DNA of 58,807 nt, filler included, from Circinaria calcarea (GCA_051942165.1; 7 parts of 7 records of this genome joined end to end with filler, not necessarily neighbours in it); one strand, 5' to 3'; numbered from the whole stretch's first letter, positions 11,810 through 23,527 are shown. The notes: generated by a model from the sequence alone, not told the origin. Numbers and translations are program-made.

Positions 11810-14656
11810 TTATTTTAGAGGAGTAAGCGTAGCAAGAAGGAATAAAGATCCCAACGTGTCTGGGTGCTTAGCCCCTAATTTTTTTTCCCGCCCTTCTAGC
11901 GCTCGTCGACATAATTTTTCCGCTTCTTCGAACCTTTTTTGATCTTGTAGCACGACCACAAGAGCGCTTATGCTTATTAAGGTATCAGGATGCTCAACCC
12001 CTAACACCTTTTCTCTTTTCCTTAATACTTGTCGACACATTTCTTCCGCTGTTTCATACTTTCTTTGCAATCGTAATATAACTGATAGATGGCTCATGCT
12101 GCTCAATGTTTCCGGGTGTTCAATACCTAGCATTTTCGTCCTTCCCCTCAATGCTTGTTGAATCATGTGTTCGGCTGCTTTATACTTTCCTAGCTTCTGG
12201 AGCACGATCGCCAGACTGTTTATACTAAATAGCGAGTCTCGGTGTTCAACGCCCAGTATTTTCTCTCTTATTCCTAATGCTTGTCGAATCATTTGTTCTG
12301 CTGCTTCAAACTTTCCTTGCTCTTGCATTACGATAGCTGAGCTATTCATACTGAATAGGGTGTCCAGGTGCTCAAGGCCTAGTAAATTCTTTCCACCTTC
12401 TAATGCTTGCAGACTCATTCGCTCTGCGGCTTTGTATTTCCCTTGACGTCGCAGTGCTGAAGCTAAGCAATTCATGCTCTTCAACGTGTCTGGATGCTTA
12501 ATGCCAAGCTCCTGTTTTCTTATGTCCATGACTTCTTCTAGTGCATTTTCGCCCTCAGTATACCTTCCATCCCTATATAGACACATTCCAACCTTTTCGA
12601 GTAATGCGACACGACCTTTAATATTTTGGTGTATCTTTGCTGAAAGTATCGCATAAATTGCATGCGGTAAGTAAGATCTCCATAGGATCCGATTCTCGTG
12701 CTTGTCTATTGGAAATGTTTTTGCCAAATGTTGTAGAGCTTGAGACATACATTGATACATCTTCCCATTTTCTAATAGCCAATTGCGCATTGCAAGATGC
12801 ACTAAACGGTGTAGTTTGAGAACTGAATCTGTGCTAACAGATATCCTAGTTACAAATGAGTACGCGTTCAGAACCCCAATAGCGTCGAATAGTTTCTTTC
12901 TAGTAGTCGCTGGTGGAAGAAGCGATTGCGGAATATTCTTGGGCTCAATGCAGGCCATGAAAGATAGATACTCGACCGCTAATGAGTCACGTTGCTGAAT
13001 CTGCTCGAAAGAGATTAGCCACGTCGTCACAACTGGGTTCTTCACGTTGCGATATCTGGTGTTGTCTTCGAAGTCCTGACTGAGCAACTCAACAGCCTCT
13101 TCTTCTTGTCCTGACAAGAGCGACAGATAATCAGAAAGAGTGATCCCAGTTTGACTAATGTACGCTGCGGCCTGCACAATAGCCAGTGGCAGGTAAGTAA
13201 GCTCAGCCACTAGGGAAATTGCGTCGTGCCGCTGCTTGGCGAGGTCATGATCGTGCAGGTAGCTTTTGGGCAGCTCCATGGCAGCCTCTTCGCTCAGTTC
13301 TGAGACTTTCATGACGCTGTGTGGTGCCAGCTGAGCCGCCGTCTTTCTGTCACATGTCGTAAACACTACTGAGCCCTGCTCGCTCCTCGGAATATATTCG
13401 ATTAGATCTTGGCATCGTGGTTCAGTGTTCTGGCTAGTGACTTTTACGGATCCTGGCTTGGCCATCCACATCTCGATATCGTCGGCGTTATCAAACACAA
13501 GCAGCCATGGGCCCACATCTTCATTACTCAAATACTCTTGCACAAGCCTTTTTACGTCCGCTTTTTCATCTTCCGAGCCAGGGATCTTAAGCTGCAGGGC
13601 AACATCGAGGTAAGATTGATGAAGGCTTTCTAAGTTGTTGGCCATAATCCAGATGATTAAATAGTTTTTACGCTTATCGGAAATACGTAAAAGCAGCTCA
13701 AGTACCAATTGCGTCTTCCCGACCCCTCCAAGGCCCGTGATAGCAAGCTTTGCGGTACGATTCTCGCTGAATAGCTTTTCTTCAAGCCAAGCGAGCTCGA
13801 ACTCGCGGCCAGTGAAATGAGGATTTCTTTCTAATGGCACGATCCATTTCGGACGTATTCTGGCCGCTTTTTGTTGTTCCGCAGGGAATAATATAGGTTG
13901 AACTTGAAGAGACGCATCAAGCAGATGATCTTTTGAGTACCTATCGATCTCATCTCGAAGACGACGGAACGCGTTACGTTCTCCCTCACCATAGATGGCC
14001 GGTATACTAATGTCGAAGATCCCAAGAAGAGAGTAAGCCTTGTCCTCCTTGCGCTTGGCTGATCTCTTTTCTGCCCAAGATAGCCGCTCGGCAACACTGA
14101 ACCGCGAGAGCAGCTCCCCTCGAAGCGCATGTATTGATATTCGCGTAATTTGGTGAAGTTGTTGTTCTAACGACTCCTTGTCTCCGAGTCTCAGATGCTC
14201 ACGGCAAAAGAACTCTACACATTGAGGAGCAATGAGCTCTTGCAGCGTCCAGCTTCGGGTGAACCATCTGCTCTTGCGCAACTGCGAGTCTCTATCGTTT
14301 TCGCCGCTGGGCGTTGAAACATCTGTAAGGAACACATAACTTTTTTTCGCATTTCTGTACCATCGGAACATGGAATTGATGTTTTCAGAAAGCTCTGCGG
14401 CACTCGTTTTATCGATACAACAGGTGTCCACCCAGAAATACCGTAAGCCATCTCTAGCCGCTTGTTCGCCGCAGAATTTGATCTTCTCGTATCCGGCCTT
14501 GCCTCGGCCTGAACCCTTCATCATATCTTCAAAGGTGACCTCTTGGCTCTCATCTCCCCATGTGTGAGAGAGGATGGCATATTGAGGGATCGCATCATCG
14601 AGCAACTCCCCAGTCACGCGGAAGTCTCCGTTCGGTAGAATATCTAAAAGACGCAT
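11810..14656 (-). CDS. Fungal NLR: HET - NB-ARC - TPR, intronless, ~948 aa from MRLLD
   Basis: HET domain (YAILSHTWG, FWVDTCCIDK, WFTRSWTLQEL), P-loop GLGGVGKT, Walker B LLVFDNAD, YLPLAI, LHRLVH, and six 42-aa HPDTL-type TPR repeats. Confidence 0.95.
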   Translation of the reverse strand: MRLLDILPNGDFRVTGELLDDAIPQYAILSHTWGDESQEVTFEDMMKGSGRGKAGYEKIKFCGEQAARDGLRYFWVDTCCIDKTSAAELSENINSMFRWYRNAKKSYVFLTDVSTPSGENDRDSQLRKSRWFTRSWTLQELIAPQCVEFFCREHLRLGDKESLEQQLHQITRISIHALRGELLSRFSVAERLSWAEKRSAKRKEDKAYSLLGIFDISIPAIYGEGERNAFRRLRDEIDRYSKDHLLDASLQVQPILFPAEQQKAARIRPKWIVPLERNPHFTGREFELAWLEEKLFSENRTAKLAITGLGGVGKTQLVLELLLRISDKRKNYLIIWIMANNLESLHQSYLDVALQLKIPGSEDEKADVKRLVQEYLSNEDVGPWLLVFDNADDIEMWMAKPGSVKVTSQNTEPRCQDLIEYIPRSEQGSVVFTTCDRKTAAQLAPHSVMKVSELSEEAAMELPKSYLHDHDLAKQRHDAISLVAELTYLPLAIVQAAAYISQTGITLSDYLSLLSGQEEEAVELLSQDFEDNTRYRNVKNPVVTTWLISFEQIQQRDSLAVEYLSFMACIEPKNIPQSLLPPATTRKKLFDAIGVLNAYSFVTRISVSTDSVLKLHRLVHLAMRNWLLENGKMYQCMSQALQHLAKTFPIDKHENRILWRSYLPHAIYAILSAKIHQNIKGRVALLEKVGMCLYRDGRYTEGENALEEVMDIRKQELGIKHPDTLKSMNCLASALRRQGKYKAAERMSLQALEGGKNLLGLEHLDTLFSMNSSAIVMQEQGKFEAAEQMIRQALGIREKILGVEHRDSLFSINSLAIVLQKLGKYKAAEHMIQQALRGRTKMLGIEHPETLSSMSHLSVILRLQRKYETAEEMCRQVLRKREKVLGVEHPDTLISISALVVVLQDQKRFEEAEKLCRRALEGREKKLGAKHPDTLGSLFLLATLTPLK

Positions 14657-14975
14657 GGTCAGATAGGAAATCCCAAGGCTTTGGAGGACAGTCCGTCGAA
14701 GGCAATTCAAGCTCGACAGCGACCGCAAGTTCGAGATGTGGGCGAGGATTTCTCGTGTTGGGACTTAGAGATTGGGTGAACTGATCAGCAAGAGGATTGA
14801 ATGTCTTAAAGGCCTTATCACCTTCTAGGGATTCCAGTAGCCTCCAGACGAAGCTGAGGCGTTGCGCCTGAAGCCGAAGGAAAGGGGGAGAGGCATATAT
14901 TTAGGTAGTCAATTTGGCAGAACAAATCCTTAGCTACACTACCTAGTATCGTTATAAATAACTCAGCCACACTTT

Positions 14976-15508
14976 GTGTAATGGCGCACCCCGCAGGGCT
15001 GTGCCAAGAGGTATGAGCAGTACGCGCAACAAACGTACCAGTGGTACTAGACGTACTGGACGTACTGGACGTGCTGGACGTGCTGGACGTGGTTACGTCC
15101 ATGGCGTCCATGGCGTCCACGACGTCCACCCCTTTTAGGAAGGTTCGTGTAACCTCAGAAAGATCTATATAGTCTCGGTCCTTTCCGTAGTATTTGACCT
15201 GTGTGGTCAAGACTTTATAAGTATAATAATATACTTCTATTATCATATCACTTGGCAAGTAATGAGTGACAATAGAAGTATATTGCTACACTTGTAAGGT
15301 ATTGACCACACAGGTCAAATACTACGGAAAGGACTGTGACTATATAGGTCCTCTGAGGTTACACGAAATGTCCCAAAAGGGGTGGACGTCGTGGACGTCG
15401 TGGACGTAGCCCCGTCCAGTACGTCCAGCACGTCCAGTACCATCAATACGCCTAACCCGCGTATTACTCAGACCTCTTTGCATAGCCTTGTGGGTTGCGC
15501 CATTACAC
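14976..15508. mobile_element. Long palindromic fold-back element
   Basis: Inverted arms of ~250-270 bp (GTGTAATGGCGCA ... TGCGCCATTACAC) around a very short spacer near 15257. Both arms carry 9-bp GGACGT-core subrepeats. Confidence 0.85.
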
Positions 15509-16569
15509 GCAGGGCAGGTAGGTAGTTTAAATTACCCGGAAAATTTTGGGGGGAAGTTCCAAGTCCAATTTTTTTTGATAATACGAGTGAAATAATATTC
15601 CGTTATGGAGTATGTATTCTGCCGGTCAGTAAGCGGGAGGGTTTCCCCCCCCCCCCCTGGGTTTATATCATAAACCCAAATATTCAAAAAGGTTACAGTA
15701 CAGACAGGTTTTGGGATTGTGATTGGGGGAGGAGGGGAAGAGGGGGGTGGGTGTTTGGGAATAGACAATAGCTTTATGTTGCTTCTATGGACGTTGCTGC
15801 TGGGGGAGTAAAAAAAATGTACAAAAGGGGGTAGCCAGCTATCAGGAGCGCCTGTGCTCAACCATCGTCCCCATCCGGTTCAGTCCAGTTTTTGCTGCTT
15901 TGCAAAAAGCCAAAAAAAACGAACGTAGATAGGTATCAAATGCCACCCCCCGAGAAAAGCCTGTCACAAATCTCCCAGAGAGTTAAACCCCGTATATGCA
16001 ACACGATTCCCTTTCCGAGAGAGCTCATAGACATCCAACCATCACCGCCCGTATCCATCGTGAGGGAAACAAATCGAGTGAGATACGAGAGAATCCAAAG
16101 CGCCCCGTGTGACACAATATTTGCAGTCCGCGGACTCGGTTCCGAAGCCGCGCAAACACCTTATTCCCACCATATCTTTAGGAAATATCCATTGCCCCAC
16201 CGCACCATCACGCAATGCAAAATATCAAGGATTCCAACATGACCATTAAACAAATCAACTCCAATGCATCGCTTCCCATACCAGTGTCGCAGCAAGCATC
16301 ATTTCTAAGCCAGGGCCAATGAGAGACCTTTTTATGTAGAACAGGGTATTTTCGATTTTCAATAAGATCGTGTCGCAACGGCAGCATCGCTCAACCGTCT
16401 GAAGTCGTAAGTGATACATTGAAAGGAACGACGGGTCGGTGACAAGAAAAACTCGAACGGAAGACAGTCCACCAGGGGAAAAGGATTATCGGTGGCGCCC
16501 GCCAATAGATATGAAGATGCAGCAACAGGTATGGAGAACGATGATTCGAGTTCATAAGTCGCAATCATG

Positions 16570-16752
16570 TCACCAGCGACGTGCGTACGTCTGCTGCTGC
16601 ATCCTCACGGGCGAAATCGACAGAGGAGGACTCGCCACCCGCATCCCGGTGCTGGGGTTGACAATCGGAATGGCATTACGAGTACGTAGAGCCGAGGGTT
16701 GGTGAATCTTGATCTGGTGATTCATCTGGTGGGCGTTGTGGTTTGATTGAAA
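16570..16752 (-). CDS. 3' end of a conserved fungal protein (DUF4452-like from recall); not in the ORF track
   Basis: Translates as FQSNHNAHQMNHQIKIHQPSALRTRNAIPIVNPSTGMRVASPPLSISPVRMQQQTYARRW*, open to the contig end. Confidence 0.6.
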   Translation of the reverse strand, partial: FQSNHNAHQMNHQIKIHQPSALRTRNAIPIVNPSTGMRVASPPLSISPVRMQQQTYARRW

Positions 16753-16854
16753 ANNNNNNNNNNNNNNNNNNNNNNNNNNNNNNNNNNNNNNNNNNNNTTA
16801 ATTAATTAANNNNNNNNNNNNNNNNNNNNNNNNNNNNNNNNNNNNNNNNNNNNC

Positions 16855-17383
16855 TCACAGCATGATGAAGTACGCAACAGCGAATTGAACCATGTGCAAG
16901 AGAGCCCTGATAGCCTGCTGAAGCACGGACGGCTTGAAAGGACCTGCTCCTACCTCCCCGATCGCGATTTGGGTTGCATCTTTGGACGTCGAGAGAATTC
17001 GCTGATTGAGGCCCTGATATGTTCTCACCAGATAGCGATCATATTCCTTACCGAGACGACGTAGGAACTCGAGGGATATGACGAGGCAAATGACTCCGAT
17101 ACAGCTGCCCGCAAACATGCCTTGAGAGGTGACATGCCACGACCTTGCGATGAAGCACGAATCAACCGTGTACCAGTTCCACAACATCTATGCGTATATG
17201 GCGATTAGCTCCTTGACCTGTTCAACAATTCGATGCGTGGGTTACAAATATGTTCGTTCCACTTACAGAGATCTTGCAGGAGCTATCTCCGCCCATACTC
17301 ATGCTCATTGCAGAGGTTGTTGTCGCCGCCGCCGCAGCAGTACCGGTTGCGGCCATAGCCATCGTTGAGGATGCCATATCCAT
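16855..17383 (-). CDS. Ctr-family copper transporter (3' truncated)
   Basis: Met-rich N-terminus MDMASSTMAM..MSMSMGG, CKIS-(intron 17188-17266)-MLWNWYTVDSCF, LEFLRR and AYFIML, followed by a GTGAG donor at the contig end. Confidence 0.93.
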
Positions 17384-18829
17384 AATGCCGGCGAGAATAC
17401 AGTAGTAGAACTGCGATGCAAGTTGTAAGTTGTCTCTGTCGGATCGCCGCGAAAAGAATTTGACCTTTGCTTCTTACTGCACTACGCGGAGGAGTACAAC
17501 CTATTTAAGTCCCGGTATGCAGGGAGGCAGAACATGAGGTAGGGGTGCATATGATGGTGAGTGGCCATCTGAGTAGGCAAGAAGAAAAACCATTGTCTCG
17601 ATCTACCGTCAACCCATGTGTTTACATTCACCTTACAAGGTACAAGGGGCACATCACTCAAGGAGTTCACCGAAAATCATGCAGTAGAATATGATAGGAG
17701 CAAGATTGAGCAGGTTTATATCTACCGATTAGAGTTAGCCCTGTAGGGGGGAACTAATTGGTGGGTCATTCACGTACAAGTTCGGCATAAATATCTTGAG
17801 CGGCTAAGGTATTACTAGTCTATGACGACCATGATAATCTTTATTATCATCTTGACCTTGAGTATCTTATTCGTACTTATAGCGCCTCACGAAGTTCGGA
17901 ACCATTTGACCTTGCAAATGGAAGCGGCTGGTGTCTCATAGATCATTGGGTGGATAGCTGTATCCAACCTAATCGATCGGAGAGGGCATTTGTTCCAGCC
18001 ACTTCAGTGATATGGTTCAGAATACCGTGTAGGATGTAGAGGAATTTATATAATAAAAACCATTGAACAAACAAGGGATTCAGTGCAGTGTTACGGAGGT
18101 GTATTGCATAATTCATGGCATGTGCGCTAAAAGTTTATCCGGGCTATCGCCCAGCCAACATTAGTGATGAGTACACTAAGGTTAGGTGATGACACCCCTC
18201 CGGAGCTGAGCCTACCGATAGTCCGGAGCTTTTAGCGTATATGCCATGAGTTTTACAATACACCTCCGTATGGCGCCACGCCATACTATGCCAAGGGACG
18301 TCTGGGGCCGAATAACCGAGGGGCCGAAGGTGCTCCTCGGTGCTCCCGGGGTGGAAAATTGCCAGATACTCCTGGGTGATCCCGGGGATCATAAGGATCA
18401 CTAGGGAGCATAATATTAGATAAACAAACTATTCCCGCTCTTTAGAATAACATGCTCATAGACACCAACAACTAGAATAATAATCAATACCCATTACACT
18501 ACAGATAATCATGCACCACAGAATGACTCTATCCTTTGTACAAGTCTAGCCTATCCTAGTACCCTTACACGGAGTAAAGATTATCTGTAACTTTATTTAC
18601 TCGTTAATACAGCCAATCCTAAAGCTCGCGTAGTGAATGACGGCCGCTGGACGCATCTTGCTACCTTCATTGATAGAGTGTTTGCAATCGGATAGTGAGC
18701 CGCAGTTTGTCAAGGATAAGGAACTCGTTCAGTGGAGCGATCGATTCCCAGCGTCGAGATCAAGGGGTTTTTATCTACCGACACGTCAAGAGGGCAAGAT
18801 TCGAAATATCCACATGGAATGAGCAGGAG

Positions 18830-20130
18830 AATCATAAGTAGCTTACCACCAGAGCTGTCCGTACTTCTCCATAGTTCCACCTCTTTGACCCCCGCCTTTT
18901 TCCAGAGCTGAGCCTTTTGAACATCATCATATATAGCAATCGGTAACATGCAGCCTCTCCCCGGCCCTCAAGCACACGTCCACAAATCTTACGTCGGTAA
19001 GTGGAACAAGGTACTGTGCGAGGCACCTATTAGGTTCGTCCCACTCGCTTTGCAGTGCCCAGTCTTGGCTTCGGAAAGCCTCGTACCCGAGAACGGAGTT
19101 TGCATGCTCCAATGCATTCAGGATAAATTGTTCATTGAGACCTGAAGGATCCTTGTATGCGCCCTTTTGTCCCCAGATATACAAGGATCGAGGCCGACGA
19201 TGATTGACGACTCCTTCTCGATACGATGATCCTCTGGCAATGTGTCTTGTTGCCGTAGGGTATCAGCAAAGCCTGCCAGTTACTTGGCTGCCTCGGGACG
19301 AGCGAAATTGCCAATGGAAGATCCCAAGGAGATGAGACACTTGGGCCGCTGAATGTTCTCAGGGAGTTTTAACCAGGCGCGTGCATCGTCGTATGTTCCT
19401 AGGAGGCCGTGGCAGCGGAGGTGAGTGAACCCATAGTAGCAGATTTTGCTGAGGTTTGGTTGGAGTGTCGAGAGGCAGAGGTCGAGGGCGAAGTAGTCGA
19501 TGCTACGACCCGTGCTGTTGAGAGCTTGGAGTAAGGGCATGATCTTTTCTGGATTTCTAAATCGAGAAGATGTATGTCAATGCTAATATTCCAGTGAACG
19601 AGGAAATAATCAGAGGATTGGGAAGGTCTGAGGGATCCAGGCTGGACTGGTGCAGGGCAGACAGTTAAATCTAAGACATACAGCACTTACCCACTTCCCA
19701 AATCAATCACCAAAGACCCTAGCTTGAGCCTTCGAGATATATTCCCACTTTGTTGCTCGAGTGCTTTCGTCTCGTCGCTGGTCAGGTAATACTGCTCTAG
19801 CTGCGTAATCTCTTCGAAAAGTTTTTGACCGTTCTCGTCCCAGAAAAGCAATTGAGGGATGCTCCTCCGAGAAAGGCTGCTATCTCTGCTGTTCCTCAAA
19901 CCCACCTCTTATCGAGTCTGCAAGGGAGTTGGTAGAATCCCGGCGGCCTCCGCTATATCGATGATTTCACTAGCGTTGTCGTTTTTGATCTCGAGGCCAT
20001 TACCGGGACTGTCAGCATTGTCACTGAGGCTTATGCTGTCGTCGCTGGTACTATCACTGCAATGGTTAGTACCACTGCTACTTATGCCAAATTCGACGCC
20101 TTTCTCCGGAGCTTGACTGACTCCATCTTC
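18830..20130 (-). pseudogene. EgtD/EasF-family (Methyltransf_33) SAM-dependent N-methyltransferase pseudogene
   Basis: LFWDENGQKLFEEITQLEQYYLT, IDLGSG, YFALDL, GTYDD, LGSSIGNF and FILNALEHAN motifs. In-frame TAA at ~19910 and 19280-19282, and frameshifts near 19165 and 18930. Confidence 0.85.
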
Positions 20131-21161
20131 GTCCGTTAGGTGCTGAGTGTCTCTTTTGGTTATTTTGATTCTTGAAGCTTATGGCTCTTCTTGTACAAAC
20201 TGTATATTTCGTAGAAGATCTTGCGTGTAGTAATATGACTCAATTCCTTCGAACCCACCATGACCGAATTATATATCGTCGGAAATTCCCTAAAAGCGAT
20301 AGGACTTGCAGGAACCGCAAAGCCGTCAAGTATCACTCACTAATAATCCACATCGCAAGGTAAACAAACATGGGATGGAGCTTATTAAGCCGCACCTTGC
20401 AGAGGTACATGAGGTGTGGAAAGTTGCATAGCATTCAGGCAGGAAAGATCACCCAATACGAAATCAAAAGCTTAGCTCCGGATGAAAAGAGACGATCCGA
20501 TTCCAACCACCACAAACACGTACCTGAAGCTATCCATCTCACAGGCACTGGGATTGCATGGTTTGTGACACTGTTACTCTTACCCATCATACATTAGTCA
20601 GTTTAGATGCTGCATCCCCGCGCGCCGGTGTGTCTGCTACAAGCCAGGCAAAAATGGGGGAAGAGGGCTGGCTGAGGAATGGATAGGATAATGGAGGTCC
20701 GCACCTCTTCGGAATTAAGCGAGAATCCCCACCATTGTTCCATCGTGGAAGACTAAAGACGAACTTCCTTTCGTAGCGTGCAGTAGAATGCTCGGGAAAG
20801 AATGGCCAAGAATTTATGGAGCTGATAACCATGGTAAGATTACATTGTCGCTACTCCGTAATATTCTTGTTGTATGGTGTGATCGCTTCTTTTCGTCCAC
20901 AGGTTACTCCGTAAATCCAGTCAGTGATTAAGGAAGCGGGTAGGTGAATTTTGCAGTGGTCGTTTTATTAGGTGGCCACACAGGTTATGGAGGCTTGCAT
21001 GTCATTCCGCCATATTCTGTCTCATAACCCGTCCCTTTTCCCTGGGCCCCTAAGATCGGATCGCTGCAGGGTCCACCCCGCTCATGCACGGGCCATATAC
21101 CCCGAGTACTAGAATACCCAATTTCATTCGAGCGCCTAGCTAGCCTCGATCCTACCCGCTT

Positions 21162-22198
21162 CTAAGATCTTCGTTGGTACCTGATCAATGGGTCCGTTTC
21201 CTCTGATCTACTATCGATGTCAATTTGGCTTCCTTTCCGCCTTCTATACCTTCCAGCCACGCCAAGTCCGCTGAAGACGGCCGTGACTCCCGTGAAAACG
21301 ATTAGGCTTCCGTATCTGGTTCCGTATACACCTGCGAACGCCAAATCGGTCCAATCCCCAGTGGACGATCAATGGCACAACCGCACCGCAAGTACCCGTG
21401 CCTGCCCAAAAGACCCCAGAGGCGAGGCCTTTACGTTCGATAAACCACTCATCCAGATAGAAGATGAATGGGTTATAGAGCAGAGCGCCACCTATCCCAT
21501 AAATCACTCCTTGGGTGATGATGAGATGAGTGACACGATCTGTAAAAGAGGCAGCAAGGAGCCCGATGGTGATCATAGCCAGGCCAAAGATTAATATATT
21601 CCGCCGCTGGGAGGGCCATCTTTGTAACCCCATAACGACAATTGGAGTGACAAAACATGCAAGTCCCTATTGGTCTGTTAATTACTTTCCAGCATCGAAA
21701 GGACGCAGGATCCTTACCAGTCCTGTGGTCCCAATTGCTGCGATGCCGGGCTGAGAGGAGAATGGCTCATGTTCGGCATAATACTTTTCAAATACACTGT
21801 ACGAGTAGGGAAGTCCTAAAAAAGAGTCAAACGGCCTGCTCGATGCAAGATAGAGAGTTGAGATTCGCTGTTCTGCGTTTGCAACAAAGAGTCCACTGAC
21901 CCCAAACAAGTCCCTGGATCCTATTGTCTTAATTAGCTGTTCGTGTTGCCGGTTAGAAGATGAAGTGCAATGCGAACCAGAAGACACCAAACAGAAACAG
22001 CCATGCACCTATCCCATGGTCGGCTGGCGGAATATCGGATGCTTCTGGACGAAATGTAGAATTCGAGTCTCCAGAACTTATGTCTGTAGCTCCATAAAAC
22101 CGAAAGCCTGGTACAGGAACTTTATCACCGTGCTCTAAAGAACCAGAGCGATCCGAGTTCTGACCTTCGGCTCCTTTGCTTGATTCAATACTGGCCAT
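21162..22198 (-). pseudogene. MFS monocarboxylate-transporter-like gene with internal deletion
   Basis: PPADHGIGAWLFL, PYSYSVFEKYY, LIITQGVIYGIGG and YLDEWFIERKGLASG, then an out-of-frame jump to the C-terminal YGSLIVFTGVTA helix. Confidence 0.75.
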
Positions 22199-22684
22199 AA
22201 CTACCCTTTTTTCCCCACGCTGAGGGTACTACTAAAGAGATGACGAGAAAGGTACACTCTCTGAGGAGTGAGGATCCACGTGACATGCTGGATTGGGACA
22301 GTAAGAGATACGAGTATGACGGAATGCAACCATTGTCTTCCATTTTCCACCCCGATCGTAGCGTCACGGATGCTGTGCATTGACTCGTTCCATCAATCGA
22401 TCAACCAGTCAATCAAAGGCAACGCTGCCTTTTTCCACCACCTTCCAAGCTGACATCCTCGCGATACACGTATGGCGAAGTTTGGTGGATAAGCCATGAA
22501 AGCGGCGTAGCCCGATCTAATGGTAAAAAGTAGATGCAGCGAGATCGACCTTCGACAAATCGCTCCGAACATGCCTGCAGGAAAGAACTTCTCCCGTCGA
22601 CGAATCGAATTGATGCAGCGCTTACATTCTTGCTGGTCGGCCAATCCATCTTGGTATCAGACTACCGTAGCTGGTAAATGGTGA

Positions 22685-23264
22685 CGGCGAATTGCTAAAC
22701 TACCCCCTGTAAATCCCTGTATTTACGATTCTATACACTTTTATCCATGTAACTCGCATCTTACTGAATTGCCCCTTGCCGTACCCTTGACTAATGCAGC
22801 GCCACCTGCCATTCGGCCTTTGAATTGGCTATACGGAGTAGACTTTCCCAAGCAGTTTAGCGCTATTTATTGTTATGAAGGTTTCCTACACTTTTATTTA
22901 TACATCGCAATTTTATATGAAAGTGGATAACAAGTGATAATCGCGGGGAAGGACTTCTAATATTAGTAACTCAGCTTTTATTTAGCCTTCCACCACCGTA
23001 CCGTAATAGCAAGAGGTATTGCGAAATGCGAACGCGAAAACGAAAGCGAAAGCGGAAGCGAGAGCGAAGCGAGAGCGAAGCGAGGCCGAAAGCGCGACAG
23101 CGACAGCGAGGGCGACAGCAAGGTCAATCAGCCAATCGGAGGGCGTAGAGGTGGTGGCCAGGGGGGGTGGCAAGGGGCAATTCAGTAAGATACGAGTTAC
23201 ATGGATAAAAGTGTATAGAATAGTAAATACAGGGATTTACAGGGGGTAGTTTAGCAATTCGCCG
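22685..23264. mobile_element. Non-autonomous DNA transposon/MITE with ~96-bp TIRs
   Basis: CGGCGAATTGCTAAACTACCCCCTGTAAATCCC...GCCCCTTGCC (22685-22780) is inverted at 23169-23264 with only about 2 mismatches. No transposase inside. Confidence 0.85.
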
Positions 23265-23479
23265 AAAAGCAAAAGCAAAGTCAAAAGAAAGAAAAAAGAA
23301 ATTAAGCCAAGCCCAAGAAAAGAAAAAGACCCACATACCACATACCATCCACTTTACCACTTTACCATCCCACGTACGGAGTAAAAAAAATAAAAAATGG
23401 CGCTGTAGTACTTTCGTTTTGATTAAATTGTTGAAGGACTTTTATTGGTAGGGTAGGGTAACTTAACTCCGTAGTTCTA

Positions 23480-23527
23480 CAAACAAACAAACAAACAAAC
23501 AAACAAGTATAGTATAGTATAGTATAG
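23480..23527. repeat. Compound microsatellite (CAAA)n(GTATA)n
   Basis: Directly visible. Confidence 0.85.

Noticed and set aside
14657..14728. N-terminal 24-aa extension of the NLR
   Set aside because: It starts at a non-ATG codon. HET-NLRs typically begin MRLL, matching the ATG at 14656.
14818..15258. ORF-track proteins over repeats (also 10571-10936, 23019-23249 and 40761-40973)
   Set aside because: Low-complexity translations of palindromes or tandem repeats, not genes.
17690..17720. Copper-responsive (Mac1/CuRE) sites upstream of the Ctr gene
   Set aside because: Only partial GCTC-core matches, too short to support.
2..20130. Ergothioneine cluster (EgtC-like gene at 2-862 plus EgtD-like gene at ~19 kb)
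   Set aside because: The genes are on different contigs, the methyltransferase is a pseudogene without the Egt1 second domain, and fungi do not use EgtC.
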